DNA from: Anaerolineales bacterium
GTDB taxonomy: Bacteria; Chloroflexota; Anaerolineae; Anaerolineales; Villigracilaceae
DNA: 64,000 nt
NCBI GenBank assembly: GCA_030834895.1
Contig: JAUQXA010000004.1
Location: 24,442 to 88,441, forward strand
Reading direction: 5' to 3'
Part shown: in pieces, positions 19,453 to 29,854 of the stretch
Position numbering within the stretch: position 1 is the stretch's first letter
How the letters are laid out: each line of letters starts with the position of its first letter
Translations under genes and position numbers: made by a program
The notes under the pieces: model-generated
What the model was told of the DNA's origin: nothing
What the model saw: only the letters and a program-made list of their open reading frames with translations
Database searches by the model: none

Positions 19453-20962
19453 CCCCCACCTCTTCACCTAATTCAGCCAAAATACTTTGCAATTCAGCCA
19501 TTGCCAATTCAAATTCGCTCATAGCTTCCTTTGCCAGCACTTCGGGTTCGGGCAAATCTTCGGCGGCGGTTTCTGAGTCATCTTTCAGCCAGGCGATATC
19601 CAAATTGTCGCCGCGCCCAGCCACCCAGTCCCGCGTGAAGCGGCGGAAGCGTCCGCTTTCGCCCGTGTCCTCCCGTTTTTTCAGGCTGGCAGGTTTACCG
19701 AGCGGGTCGGTGCCGAAGGCGTCCTCAAATTCTTTGAAATGACTGCGAGCGAATTCAGTCCGTTTGCCAAAGGCGGGCATGTTGGCGCGCAAGTCATACA
19801 CCCACACTTCCTTGGTGTTGCCCTTATCGTTCTCGCCGCGCGTGAAGAAGAGCACATTGGTCTTCACGCCTGGCGAATAGAAAATGCCCGTGGGCAGGCG
19901 TAGGATGGTGTGCAGGTTGCACTTATCCATCAGGTCGGCGCGGATCTGCCTGCCGACATTCGCTTCAAAGAGCACGTTATCAGGCATGACAACGGCGGCG
20001 CGTCCGCCAGGTTTGAGCCCGCGATAGATGTGCTGTAAAAAAGCAAACTGCTTGTTGCTGGTGGAGAAGGTGAAGTCGGTGCGGGTCGGCAGACCGCCGC
20101 CCTTTTTCGTCCCAAAGGGAGGGTTGGTGAGGATCAGCGTGGCTTTGGGCAGGGCTTCGCCCTCAGGGGAGAGCGTGTCACCATAGCGGATGCCAGCCGC
20201 GGCGGGGTCTGAATCGAGTCCGTGGAGCATGAGGTTCATCAGCGCGAGTCGGTGCGTATCCTGCACAAACTCCATCCCGTAGAATGTATCCCGATGATAT
20301 TTCCTCTGCTGTTTCTCCGTCCAGCGATCGGGGTTACTATGCTCACGAATGTAACGATTGGCTGAGATGAGAAAACCACCTGTGCCCGCCGCGGGGTCTT
20401 GAATGATATCGTCCAGCGTGGGCTGCATCACTGTCACCATGCTGTCGATCAACGGGCGGGGAGTGAAATACTGTCCTGCGCCTGATTTCTTCTCGTTGGC
20501 GTTCTTTTCGAGCAAGCCTTCATACAGGTCGCCCAATCCCTCCTGGCGGGCGTTGTACCAGTTCAGTTTGTCGATCTCCGTCACCAGGGTCGAGAGCGTG
20601 GTCGGCTTCTTGATAAACGAACTGGCGTTCGCAAAAATTTCCCGCACCAGCAATGAGCCATTACTGCCTAGGTGGATGAGAAGTTTTCGATAAGTATCCA
20701 GTCGCGTCGTTGCGCTTTCGCGTTCCAAATCATCCCAACGATAGCTCTTCGGCAAATTTTCCGTTACGGTTATCTTCCCTGTGCGCGGGTCCACTGTATT
20801 GGTCTCTTCTGTATTGGTCTCCTTTGCCATTTTGAGGAACAGCAAATAGGTGAGTTCGGTGACGTATTGATGATAGGTGACTCCGTCATCCTTGAGCACA
20901 TTACATAAATTCCAAAGTTTGGCGACAATATCATGGGTGACGGTTTGAGAGGGTGTGGTCAA
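19445..20962 (-). CDS. hsdM: Type I RM N6-adenine methyltransferase
   Basis: IVAKLW, GQYFTPR, DPAAGTGG, NPPF, LPTGIF. Confidence 0.95.
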   Translation of the reverse strand: MTTPSQTVTHDIVAKLWNLCNVLKDDGVTYHQYVTELTYLLFLKMAKETNTEETNTVDPRTGKITVTENLPKSYRWDDLERESATTRLDTYRKLLIHLGSNGSLLVREIFANASSFIKKPTTLSTLVTEIDKLNWYNARQEGLGDLYEGLLEKNANEKKSGAGQYFTPRPLIDSMVTVMQPTLDDIIQDPAAGTGGFLISANRYIREHSNPDRWTEKQQRKYHRDTFYGMEFVQDTHRLALMNLMLHGLDSDPAAAGIRYGDTLSPEGEALPKATLILTNPPFGTKKGGGLPTRTDFTFSTSNKQFAFLQHIYRGLKPGGRAAVVMPDNVLFEANVGRQIRADLMDKCNLHTILRLPTGIFYSPGVKTNVLFFTRGENDKGNTKEVWVYDLRANMPAFGKRTEFARSHFKEFEDAFGTDPLGKPASLKKREDTGESGRFRRFTRDWVAGRGDNLDIAWLKDDSETAAEDLPEPEVLAKEAMSEFELAMAELQSILAELGEEVGDE

Positions 20963-20980
20963 AGTCAGATTCCTTTTCTT

Positions 20981-21052
20981 ACCACGAAGGTCACAAAGAG
21001 ATACAAAGGAAATCTTTTGGTTTTCCTTTGTGTACTTCGTGCCCTTTGTGGT
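20981..21052. repeat. Imperfect palindromic element with three 9-10 nt sub-repeats per arm
   Basis: ACCACGAAGGTCACAAAGAGATACAAAGG...CCTTTGTGTACTTCGTGCCCTTTGTGGT between hsdR and hsdM. Confidence 0.75.
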
Positions 21053-24000
21053 TAATGGTTTTCAGTTTCCCAGAGCAACTCGTTGAAGTTATCGAGTGTA
21101 TCAGCAAGTTTACCCTCGAAGATGCGATCCAGACGCGCAAAGCCTCCGCCTTCGCGTCGGAAGATCAGATCGGGATCATCCAGTGCATCGCGATCCACCA
21201 CGATGTTGGCTTTGGTCTGCGCCGCGATCTTCTGCAGCCATTGGCGCTGAGGAGTTGTCCAATCCCGAGACGACAACATCTGCCCGAGCGCCCAGTCCAC
21301 GCGCTGTTCGTATGGCACAAGCGGGTCACCTGTGGCAAGGTGACGGATGAACCCCACGATGTGCGCGGCGATCTCCTGGTTGGTCATCTCACGCCAGGCA
21401 GTGGTGATGTTCACTTCGCTGAAGCCAGCGCGATCCAGTTCCATTGCGAGTTCGCGCAATTGCTTGCGGGTCAGGTCGCGCGGGCGAGTCAACACCGTAA
21501 CCAACGCGGGGATCTCATCGCGGTGCATCTTAATGAACTCGCCAAACGACTTCAAATAATCTTCCGGTTTCTCCGCGCTCCCATAGCCGCGCTCCATGCC
21601 TCTGAACTGATCAGGATGTTCCGAGATCAGCATCGGTCGCTGATTGGGATTGATCCGATCCAGGATTTCTCCCAACTGCGGATTTTCCGCAAACCAGCCC
21701 GCCACTTCCTCGAGCGGCATGTGACTCAATCTCTGACCAAACGCCTCTGGACTCAAGCCGGAAACGGATTCAAAATCCCGGGCGTTTTCTTCGCTCATGC
21801 GGCGCTTTTTTCTCTGGAATTTGGCAAGGAACTGTTCCCTGAGCAGCTTCCGTGCCGCTTCATCATTCACGCTGGTCAGCTCCGCCATTAACTGGCTGAA
21901 CGACAAATTCGAGTCAACCACCACAGGCTTCATGGCGGTCACATTCTCAAGCGCTTCATACAACCGCACCGCATCGAACACGCGGAAGGTTTCCTTCTCC
22001 ACTTCCGGGCAGGGGCGTGTGGCGCGTCCCAACATCTGCTCGAATAAGATACGGCTGTTTACCCGTCGAATGAAAACCAGGTTGCAAATTTCGGGTACAT
22101 CGATACCCGTAGTTAGTAAATCCACTGTGACAGCGATCGTAGGGTTGTGTTCATTCTTATAATGGCGGATCAAGCTCAGTGGCTTATCCGCTGTTCCCGT
22201 AATCTTCACAACCGCATCATCATCCACGTTGCCATACTGCGACTGGAAAGCGAGTTTGAGCAGTTCCACCACCAGGTCTGCATGTTTGTCATTCACACAA
22301 AAAATGAGCGTCTTCTGCTTCGAGAACGGATCGATCTCCTGTGCCAGATACTTGCATACCACCGTATTGAACGGCTTGGTGATGACGCGGCGGTTGAATT
22401 CGTCTACTTCCAGATGAACTTCATCAGGCAGTGTGTGCAGCTCAATTTCCTGGGTACGCGGGTCAAAGACCTTCACCTCTTCGCCCGCCTGCCATGTGAT
22501 CCCATCTTCCAGCAACTTGGTCTTGATCTGGATCGGTGGCTCATGATCGATCAAATAACCATCAATCACCGCTTCACGATAAGTGTAGGTATAAATTGGC
22601 GCGCCAAAGATCTGCGTAGTTTGCAAGGCAGGGGTAGCCGTCAACCCGACTTTGACCGCATCAAAATATTCGATCACCCGCCGATATTTCGAGATGTAAT
22701 CTTCATAGTTACGGAAGGTCATCTCTGTATCCGAAAGTTCACGGTCGAGCAAATATCCGCGATGACACTCATCCACCACAATGCAGTCATACTGATCCAC
22801 TGCTGGCGGAACTGCATTTTCGGATGGATACAACACCCGCTTGACCATCCCCTGCACCGTAGCGATATGAACCGCTGTGTCGCTATCGGGCGTAGCCTCG
22901 TCCAGTTCCTTGATCCCAAAAATATCCGCAAAACTTTGAATGCTGTCCATGCGTGTGTCTTTGAACGCATTCGCCGCTTGCTCGCCCAGCGCCTCGCGAT
23001 CCACCAGGAACAAAATCCGTTTGAAACGCTGTGCTTTCAACAGACGGTAGATCAAGGCAATACAGGTCTTGGTTTTGCCGGTGCCAGTCGCCATTGCCAA
23101 CAACATCTCGCGGCGTCCATTGGCGATCCCTTCTTCTACCTTGCGGATGGCGTCCTTCTGGTAATGGCGCAGGGTAAAGCCATAATCGAATGGTTCCGCC
23201 TGCAACTGCTGATGAGCGATGGTTTCATCTCGCTTGAGTAATTCTTTCAATCCATCGGGAGTGTACCAGCCATCCAACGCATGGCTCAAATTGGTTGAGC
23301 GTCGCAAATCCACAAACCAGATTCCACTCTGAGTTTCCAACTGCTTCAAGAACGGGCGCCCATTAGAAGAGAACGCGAATGGAATACAATACGCACCCCA
23401 CGCTCCATCCGGTGATTGCATATCATCAGTTAGAGAGATGTCACGACTATACCGTTTTGCCTGTACTAGCGCCGCCGAAACATCCATATTCCTGCGTTTG
23501 GCTTCCACTACCGCTACAGGCATCAACCCGATGAACAACACATAATCCGCAGGTCCGCTGGCGGTGGGGTATTCCGCAATCGCCATATTCCTGCCGCGCT
23601 CAGAGCGTGTGCCGTTGTTGTATCTTAGGCGAACCGTATCCGCTTCCCAGCCGGCTGTGCGTAATTGTGCATCAATGATCTGGCGTGTTTGTGCCTCATC
23701 CAAGAACACCATTTGACTGGCAACAACAGCGGCGCGGCGGTATTTCTCAAATGTGGCAGAACGTTTCCGCTCTGCATCGGCTTGCTGCTTCTGCAGCAAA
23801 GATTCCACTCTGGCATTTGCCGCTTCCACCTGCGTTGCAAGTTTTTCACGCTCTTCGCGTAATACTGCTGTTTCACTGATGGTGGGGGGCAAGAGAAACT
23901 CGCCGGACTTGAAATCTGACTTGACAAACGTGCGCTGAAACCAAATGCCCAACTGCCATCCCATTTTCAGGATGTTCAACGCAGTTGCCTGATCCCCCTG

Positions 24001-24312
24001 GTTGGCGTGGTTCGCTATATTCCCTGCACGTCGAATTTCGCCAAATAATTGATAGGTCTCGTAGGGTAAAGCGCCTTCATCCCTCAAGCGGCGCAAAAGC
24101 TCATACTGGCTTTCTTCTTTTTCTGGATGGAACGAACCCATATGAGTAGCAACATGCTTTGTCAGCAATTCCCCAAACTGCCGCATTTTGATCAGGCTGG
24201 TGTTCGGGTCGTCCACCAAATATTTCCCCGCAAGCGTGCCCAACCGAACAAGCTGTTCGTCAACATCCTGCAGGTAGGAAAAGTTTGCGGAGATTTGATT
24301 TGGGCTTTTCAT
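21052..24312 (-). CDS. hsdR: Type I RM restriction subunit (EcoKI-like)
   Basis: ADYVL..VEAK nuclease, MATGTGKT, DECHRG, LTATP, QMLGRATR. Confidence 0.95.
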   Translation of the reverse strand: MKSPNQISANFSYLQDVDEQLVRLGTLAGKYLVDDPNTSLIKMRQFGELLTKHVATHMGSFHPEKEESQYELLRRLRDEGALPYETYQLFGEIRRAGNIANHANQGDQATALNILKMGWQLGIWFQRTFVKSDFKSGEFLLPPTISETAVLREEREKLATQVEAANARVESLLQKQQADAERKRSATFEKYRRAAVVASQMVFLDEAQTRQIIDAQLRTAGWEADTVRLRYNNGTRSERGRNMAIAEYPTASGPADYVLFIGLMPVAVVEAKRRNMDVSAALVQAKRYSRDISLTDDMQSPDGAWGAYCIPFAFSSNGRPFLKQLETQSGIWFVDLRRSTNLSHALDGWYTPDGLKELLKRDETIAHQQLQAEPFDYGFTLRHYQKDAIRKVEEGIANGRREMLLAMATGTGKTKTCIALIYRLLKAQRFKRILFLVDREALGEQAANAFKDTRMDSIQSFADIFGIKELDEATPDSDTAVHIATVQGMVKRVLYPSENAVPPAVDQYDCIVVDECHRGYLLDRELSDTEMTFRNYEDYISKYRRVIEYFDAVKVGLTATPALQTTQIFGAPIYTYTYREAVIDGYLIDHEPPIQIKTKLLEDGITWQAGEEVKVFDPRTQEIELHTLPDEVHLEVDEFNRRVITKPFNTVVCKYLAQEIDPFSKQKTLIFCVNDKHADLVVELLKLAFQSQYGNVDDDAVVKITGTADKPLSLIRHYKNEHNPTIAVTVDLLTTGIDVPEICNLVFIRRVNSRILFEQMLGRATRPCPEVEKETFRVFDAVRLYEALENVTAMKPVVVDSNLSFSQLMAELTSVNDEAARKLLREQFLAKFQRKKRRMSEENARDFESVSGLSPEAFGQRLSHMPLEEVAGWFAENPQLGEILDRINPNQRPMLISEHPDQFRGMERGYGSAEKPEDYLKSFGEFIKMHRDEIPALVTVLTRPRDLTRKQLRELAMELDRAGFSEVNITTAWREMTNQEIAAHIVGFIRHLATGDPLVPYEQRVDWALGQMLSSRDWTTPQRQWLQKIAAQTKANIVVDRDALDDPDLIFRREGGGFARLDRIFEGKLADTLDNFNELLWETENH

Positions 24313-24465
24313 TTGGTTATTTTGTCATGTAAACTCAGGCACCAATTTTTTGTCTCATGGGGTTACCCCATCATCCCCCCTAAGTATACCCGACCTGGCA
24401 CTCGGAAACAGTGAAATTTCGTCGCATAATGAGTGCATCTCCGTCCCGCCACTTTCATTAGTGCA

Positions 24466-25734
24466 TCACTCCTCCCCTTCAGACCGCCTCCGATACCCTC
24501 TGTCGACGTTTTCGGAACCCGTGGAGAATTTTGGCTTTACAGATTTGGGCTTGGGAGGTTTTATTTTTGCAACTTTCTTCGGCTTCGGAGGATACTGATT
24601 TGGATCGAAAGGCAATTTCCTATGGGATCGAGTTGGTTCATTGAATCGGCTCATCGAAAATTTTTCCCTCCATTTTCCAAACTCGTATTCTGGCAAATTC
24701 CCAGAATCGCGCCAGTCGTGTCCGATAATGGCGACTTGCGGACTCATGCCTGGGATACACCAGCGAAAGTGTTCCACTATCCAGAGCGGCCCCATGATAC
24801 AGAAAACTATCGGGATGCCCCATCTGGAAGCGTGGGCATACGCCAACTGTAAGCGCCTTTTGTAATTCGCCTCCATCGTTTTCCTGGAACTGTGCCCGCT
24901 ATCCACTTCCAGCCAGAACAATATCTCCTTCCCACGATGAGAACCCCACGCCAGTGCGTCGGGTATCCCGTATTGCAATGGCACTTCCGTCCAGCTTTCC
25001 CAAATCTCAATAGATGGATATGCAGTTCCCAACCATGCTCGCCACAGTCGCGACACGCGTCGGTGACGTTCCCCTGCGTATCGGAATTCGCCACGATATT
25101 TTGTAAAGTGAACACCTTTCGGAATATTCCATGAGCGGTGCGCCAGGCTCAATCCCCTGGTTCGGATTGCCCATCCTTCGTATTTACCAATCTGTCTCCG
25201 TTCAATCAATCCCTTTGCCTGCAATTGTTGTAGGAGATTGCGAACCTGGCTCTGGCTGAGACCTGTCAACGAGGCGATCTCTGGTCTGTGAGCCGCCTTC
25301 AGGCGAGCCAGAATGCGCAGCACGCGAATCAAGTTCGGCTTGTATCCAAAGTTCGTTACAGTAAACGGGAGTTCCATCCGCGGATTTTCGACATTTTCCG
25401 CAAGGCTTGGATATCCATGTGGGCTGAAATCCCAAACATCCTTGGGCGCTTCTCTCTCCGGCAGGATAACCGTTGGTATTCTGGGCTTCACGAAACGTTG
25501 CATCTCATTGAAATACCAACTACCGGGTGCATCCACCGAGACCCACAAACAGGGACGTGGACGCGCCTTGAGCAGTCGGTTGGATATCAATTCGATAATA
25601 CGCGCCTGGGAATAAGGCGGCAGCCCGTCCATAGCGGACAGGCTGTGCTTGAAAACATCCGCCACCACCCTGCCATCCCTGGTCAGGCTGATGGGTATCC
25701 ATTCCAGAGCAAGGCGGGAAAGGACATCCATCAT
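24466..25734 (-). CDS. Winged-HTH plus PD-(D/E)XK protein resembling the replication-relaxation family
   Basis: EIASLTGLSQSQVRNLLQQL..KGLIE HTH; IPDALAW...FWLEVDSG motif. Confidence 0.6.
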   Translation of the reverse strand: MMDVLSRLALEWIPISLTRDGRVVADVFKHSLSAMDGLPPYSQARIIELISNRLLKARPRPCLWVSVDAPGSWYFNEMQRFVKPRIPTVILPEREAPKDVWDFSPHGYPSLAENVENPRMELPFTVTNFGYKPNLIRVLRILARLKAAHRPEIASLTGLSQSQVRNLLQQLQAKGLIERRQIGKYEGWAIRTRGLSLAHRSWNIPKGVHFTKYRGEFRYAGERHRRVSRLWRAWLGTAYPSIEIWESWTEVPLQYGIPDALAWGSHRGKEILFWLEVDSGHSSRKTMEANYKRRLQLAYAHASRWGIPIVFCIMGPLWIVEHFRWCIPGMSPQVAIIGHDWRDSGNLPEYEFGKWREKFSMSRFNEPTRSHRKLPFDPNQYPPKPKKVAKIKPPKPKSVKPKFSTGSENVDRGYRRRSEGEE

Positions 25735-26117
25735 TTCTTCTTCTTTGGCGGGAGATGGTAATACTCAATCATATCCACACGTTCCTGGAGCCTTGAAATT
25801 CGGCTTTTCAATTCGCGCAACATACTCTGCATGGTTTCATAGTCAGCATCCAACTTGTAGCCCGCCCCACCAGAAGTGGATACAATTATGACTCCCCTGT
25901 TTCGCAGGCTCTCGATCCCCTTGCGGATCTTTCTATCACGGGTGTCATTGTTCAAATTTCGTCCCACACGCGCACCAAAAACAATGTGAACCAACTCCTG
26001 ACGGGTCAACCCATTGGGTTTCTGAATAAACACCTTGAAAATTCTACGCTCGATTTCCTTCAATTCGCCGGCTTTAAGTTGAGCCAGCAATTTTTCATAT
26101 TGAGGGGTACGTGACAT
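25731..26117 (-). CDS. Small winged-HTH protein with coiled-coil tail
   Basis: GLTRQEL...DRKIRK.IESLR..GVIIVS...GY; 4-bp overlap with the next gene. Confidence 0.7.
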   Translation of the reverse strand: MSRTPQYEKLLAQLKAGELKEIERRIFKVFIQKPNGLTRQELVHIVFGARVGRNLNNDTRDRKIRKGIESLRNRGVIIVSTSGGAGYKLDADYETMQSMLRELKSRISRLQERVDMIEYYHLPPKKKK

Positions 26118-26251
26118 GTTTCTCCTTTTTAGCGTGGATGATATTGAACTCAGCAAAGGGGAGGGGGAAATGTGTCGCTAAACTTTCGTTGACAGGTAAG
26201 ACAATAAAAGGTGGGGGAAAATTAAATAAATTTCTGTATGTTGTTATTTTT

Positions 26252-26532
26252 GTAGTTCAGTAGTTCAATCGTTTCAGCCTGCCCCTATATCTGGAAAATT
26301 GATCTCCACTTCAAGCCCATCAGCCTATATCTGGTGCAGATTTCTGTGCTCTACCTAGTGAACTAGCCTATCCAAAAGTAGTTCAATCAAAACCTTGCAG
26401 TTCACAAGTAGTTCAGTAGTAGTTCACTGTGTAGTTCACTCAAACTACCCCTATATAGTGGGAAAAAATTCTTAAAATAAATTATTTATTCCATATATGG
26501 GTACCCTTATCATCAGTGAACTACTGAACTAC
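26252..26532. repeat. Iteron cluster, putative origin of replication of the element
   Basis: GTAGTTCA at 26252, 26260, 26378, 26408, 26419, 26431; inverted TGAACTAC at 26517 and 26525; AT-rich tract ~26462-26498. Confidence 0.75.
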
Positions 26533-26591
26533 TAAAAAACACGCCTGCTTAATTAAAAAAATTCCTGCCCCTACCCCAAGGGATAAGAATC

Positions 26592-26632
26592 AAAAAAGCC
26601 TGGCTCCCATTTTGGGGAAAACCAGGCTTTTT
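26592..26632 (-). terminator. Rho-independent terminator after the primase gene
   Basis: AAAAAAGCCTGG...CCAGGCTTTTT hairpin. Confidence 0.65.
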
Positions 26633-26642
26633 CAGCATGACC

Positions 26643-29600
26643 TCACGCTTCGGATTTTGTCAACGTGATCCCATACAATTGCTCGATACGTTCCAAGTCC
26701 ACCACCAAAACTCTTTGATTGGACCCGCCACAGAACTTGGTCACCTCCACCTGCCTTTCCCCCATTTGTGTAAGCAATCCTGGGATTTGTCGTAACTGAC
26801 GGCGCAGGGCATCTGGCATGATGTCCAGGTTTTCATCCAACATTCGCCAGAATTCCTTGGCATGTGCCAGGCTGGTCTCTGTCCGCAGGTAAATCATTTT
26901 TTGTTGCAAACCCGGGTCGAAATAACCGATCTGATCCGCACTAAAAGGAGGTTGGAAACCATCCATCTGTGTACGTGGAGCCAGGTACACTTTACCTTCC
27001 ACCATCAAGCTTGCTACAGCAGTAAAGAATTTGCGGACCGGGGACTCCGCTGCAACCTGCTCCGCCTGATTCTGGATGATTGTCAACAGAGCAATATTGT
27101 TTTCCCTGATTAACTGATCAGCATCTGTCCAGGAAATCAATTGCATCTCTTCAAAGCATCGCAATGCCAATTCCTGTGAGGCAGCAAGAACTGCGTAGGC
27201 ATCCGGTAGGCGGTTTTGCAGGTTGCCGGCTTGTCGAGCGGTTTGAGCAGCCTTATCCACCAACGCAGGATGTTCACTGGCAATGCGCTCCCAATTCTCC
27301 GTCAGATATCCCAGATACAAAGTCATCGCCTGCGCAAGCAAACCTTGTTGTGCCTTGCCTTGTAGTTTGGTCAGTTTATCTTCGGCACTGGCAGATACCC
27401 CAACTGCCGGCAAGATGTCGCCCGGCTCGACCCCTACATACAGCATACGCCCGACAATACTCTGCCCAATAAGGGGATTTTCTGCGGTCATGATCACCAA
27501 CCCGCGAGGAAACCGTGTATTTTGTTGGGAGAGGTCGGCGCGAGAACGCCCTCGTGCTGAGCGGTTCCCCACCGAGCGCACCACATGATGCGCCTTTTTA
27601 TGCATACTGCGCGCCTCTGCCACACTTGAAAACTGCGGCGCAAAATCATCGATCACTAACGGCATGTCCTTGGCATGGAACATCGCCGATTCAATGGCTG
27701 TCACCGTGGAGGTCCAATCGATTGGCGCGTGGTAATCACGCCCCTGAATAAAGCCTGTTCCAAAATGGGTCAATGCCAGGTGTGCTAGCGTGGACTTGCC
27801 GCTTTGTGTTGTGCCATAAATGGAAAGCACAGCATTTAAGGGGCGAAGGCTGGTGAGCGGCGCAGCGTACATCGCAGCCCACAGGGGAGCAGTCACCTTG
27901 CGTGGACCTAGCTGAAGGAATTCCAACGTGGCACGCACTGCCTCTTCCCGATTGATTTCCCCTTTCGGCAGGGCATAATGTCGCAGATTATTCGTCCCAA
28001 GGTCAACCCTTACCTGGTCATTCAAACCACTTGTACCCAGCCAGCCTGAAGCGCTGAGAAAGCCGCGCTCCCCATCGCATTCGTGCCAACCTGTGAAAGT
28101 ATATAGGCGTTCCCGCTGGACAGTCTCCATCGAGACCTCCTGAATGGCTCGAGCCAAGAGATAGGATCTTCCCGGAGGCAGGGTGATGATCGGGCGCATG
28201 CCCCAGTTATCCGGGATCCAATCCAACTTGCCAAAAGCTCGCGCCTCCACCTGAATGGACTGCAAAGATTGCCCGGAAGCCAAACCGCCCTCGATGCTGT
28301 ATCGCACCGTCGGCGGATTGAGCCCGTCATCGACCATCAATTCGTGGCTGATACGAGCCCAGAAGTTACCCAGCGGATCCCCCATGAATTGCAACCGATG
28401 CTCTCTGATCTCGGAATACAGTGATCCATTGTCATCCTCATGCTGGTTCATTAACCTTCTGATATCACGACGGTTGATGCTGAGTTTCTTCTCGACCTGG
28501 GCAAGATATCTGGACTGTAGCCCGTCTGGCAGGATGCTCAGATACCTGGCAATTAGGTTCAGAGATTCTTCCAATTCCATCGGGGAAACAGAACGGCTCT
28601 GGTCGATCAACATGTCCAGCCAGGGTTTTGATGCGGACAGGTGTTTTTCCAGGGTTTGCAGAGTCAGACCATTCTGCAGCCATTCATTGAGGTCCTTGAC
28701 AGGCAGGTCTGGGGCAACCATTGTAAGTGGACCAAGGGCTTCACATAAGCGTCTCGTAACAACTGCTTTACGCTTGCGTATCTTGTCCTGCTCCATTGAG
28801 GATAATTTGGTTTTGTGCAGGTCATTATCCAATGCCAGATAGACCACGCGTCTTTTTTGAACCCGCTCGATCTCCCCCAACGGCAAGTTCCCCACTCCAC
28901 ATAATGCCAGCGCAGAACGCCCCAACTGTCGAAGGCTTTCGGCGTCAGATTGCCCTTCCACAACGATCAAGTTGGGGTCGCCATAAACCAATGCCCAGTA
29001 GATCTGGCGTTCTCCTGGCAGGTTGCGTGACTTGTCATCCGGGTCAACTGGTTTCATGGCACGCGCCGAGAAATACACAGTTTTGCCATTCCATGTATGG
29101 GGATAAACAATGTATCCATCTGGTGAGGCGTTCGCGCCATTCCCGTTGGCGGTGAAATCCAGTCCACCTGCCCGGACCAGCCCCAACTCCTTAGCCAGGG
29201 AAACGTCCGCGCCGGCTTTTTGCAAATGTTCAAGCAAGCCGCGGTCCGATCTGCAATATCCCCAACCCGCCTCCCGCAGGGTGTTTTCCGTAAAGCCGCG
29301 TCCGAGCAAATATGTCCGTGCCGGCTCTCCCGTCTCACTCCACAACTGCGCTGCAAAATACCGCGCAGCTTCGTCGAGCAAGTCTGATCGCTTTCGATGC
29401 TCCATCTCCAGCTGAACGGCTTGAGGATCGAAGCCGAGGTCCTTCAAATCCAGATTGGCAATTTCTGCCAGGTACTTCACCGCTCCCATGAAGTCCAGCC
29501 CCTGCCAGCGCTGGATAAAGTCAATCGCATCACCGCCTGCATCGCATTTGGTATAACAGCGCCAGCGCTGAAGACCGGACGGATCGGTATACACGCTGAA

Positions 29601-29834
29601 TGCCGTGGGGTTATCCCCTTTGTGCAGTGGACAGTTGCCACGCAACTCCCCTCCGCTGCGATGAAGTTTTGCGCCGGCTTGTCCTGCCAGTTCGTCCAGC
29701 ATTACTTTGGATAACACGACGCTCAAATCGAGCCGCGAAAATTTTGTGGTATGATGCGCCCTGTCTTTTAGAACGTACTGTTCTTCTTTTGATGCCGCCG
29801 GCTTCCGCCCGGCGGCGTTCTGTTTTGTATGCAT
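26643..29834 (-). CDS. DnaG-type primase fused to a helicase (CHC2 zinc finger, TOPRIM, DUF927/Cch-like NTPase)
   Basis: CPLH...WRCYTKC; VEGQSD, LALDND; Walker A GTTQSGKS, LVIDD. Confidence 0.88.
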   Translation of the reverse strand: MHTKQNAAGRKPAASKEEQYVLKDRAHHTTKFSRLDLSVVLSKVMLDELAGQAGAKLHRSGGELRGNCPLHKGDNPTAFSVYTDPSGLQRWRCYTKCDAGGDAIDFIQRWQGLDFMGAVKYLAEIANLDLKDLGFDPQAVQLEMEHRKRSDLLDEAARYFAAQLWSETGEPARTYLLGRGFTENTLREAGWGYCRSDRGLLEHLQKAGADVSLAKELGLVRAGGLDFTANGNGANASPDGYIVYPHTWNGKTVYFSARAMKPVDPDDKSRNLPGERQIYWALVYGDPNLIVVEGQSDAESLRQLGRSALALCGVGNLPLGEIERVQKRRVVYLALDNDLHKTKLSSMEQDKIRKRKAVVTRRLCEALGPLTMVAPDLPVKDLNEWLQNGLTLQTLEKHLSASKPWLDMLIDQSRSVSPMELEESLNLIARYLSILPDGLQSRYLAQVEKKLSINRRDIRRLMNQHEDDNGSLYSEIREHRLQFMGDPLGNFWARISHELMVDDGLNPPTVRYSIEGGLASGQSLQSIQVEARAFGKLDWIPDNWGMRPIITLPPGRSYLLARAIQEVSMETVQRERLYTFTGWHECDGERGFLSASGWLGTSGLNDQVRVDLGTNNLRHYALPKGEINREEAVRATLEFLQLGPRKVTAPLWAAMYAAPLTSLRPLNAVLSIYGTTQSGKSTLAHLALTHFGTGFIQGRDYHAPIDWTSTVTAIESAMFHAKDMPLVIDDFAPQFSSVAEARSMHKKAHHVVRSVGNRSARGRSRADLSQQNTRFPRGLVIMTAENPLIGQSIVGRMLYVGVEPGDILPAVGVSASAEDKLTKLQGKAQQGLLAQAMTLYLGYLTENWERIASEHPALVDKAAQTARQAGNLQNRLPDAYAVLAASQELALRCFEEMQLISWTDADQLIRENNIALLTIIQNQAEQVAAESPVRKFFTAVASLMVEGKVYLAPRTQMDGFQPPFSADQIGYFDPGLQQKMIYLRTETSLAHAKEFWRMLDENLDIMPDALRRQLRQIPGLLTQMGERQVEVTKFCGGSNQRVLVVDLERIEQLYGITLTKSEA

Positions 29835-29854
29835 GATGAATTCCTTGTTCGATG

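Noticed and set aside
20953-23241. + strand ORFs of 312 aa and 364 aa
   Set aside because: Antisense to hsdR; codon-bias artefacts
26252-26532. CRISPR array
   Set aside because: Repeats are 8 bp, irregularly spaced and in both orientations, with no spacer periodicity and no cas genes
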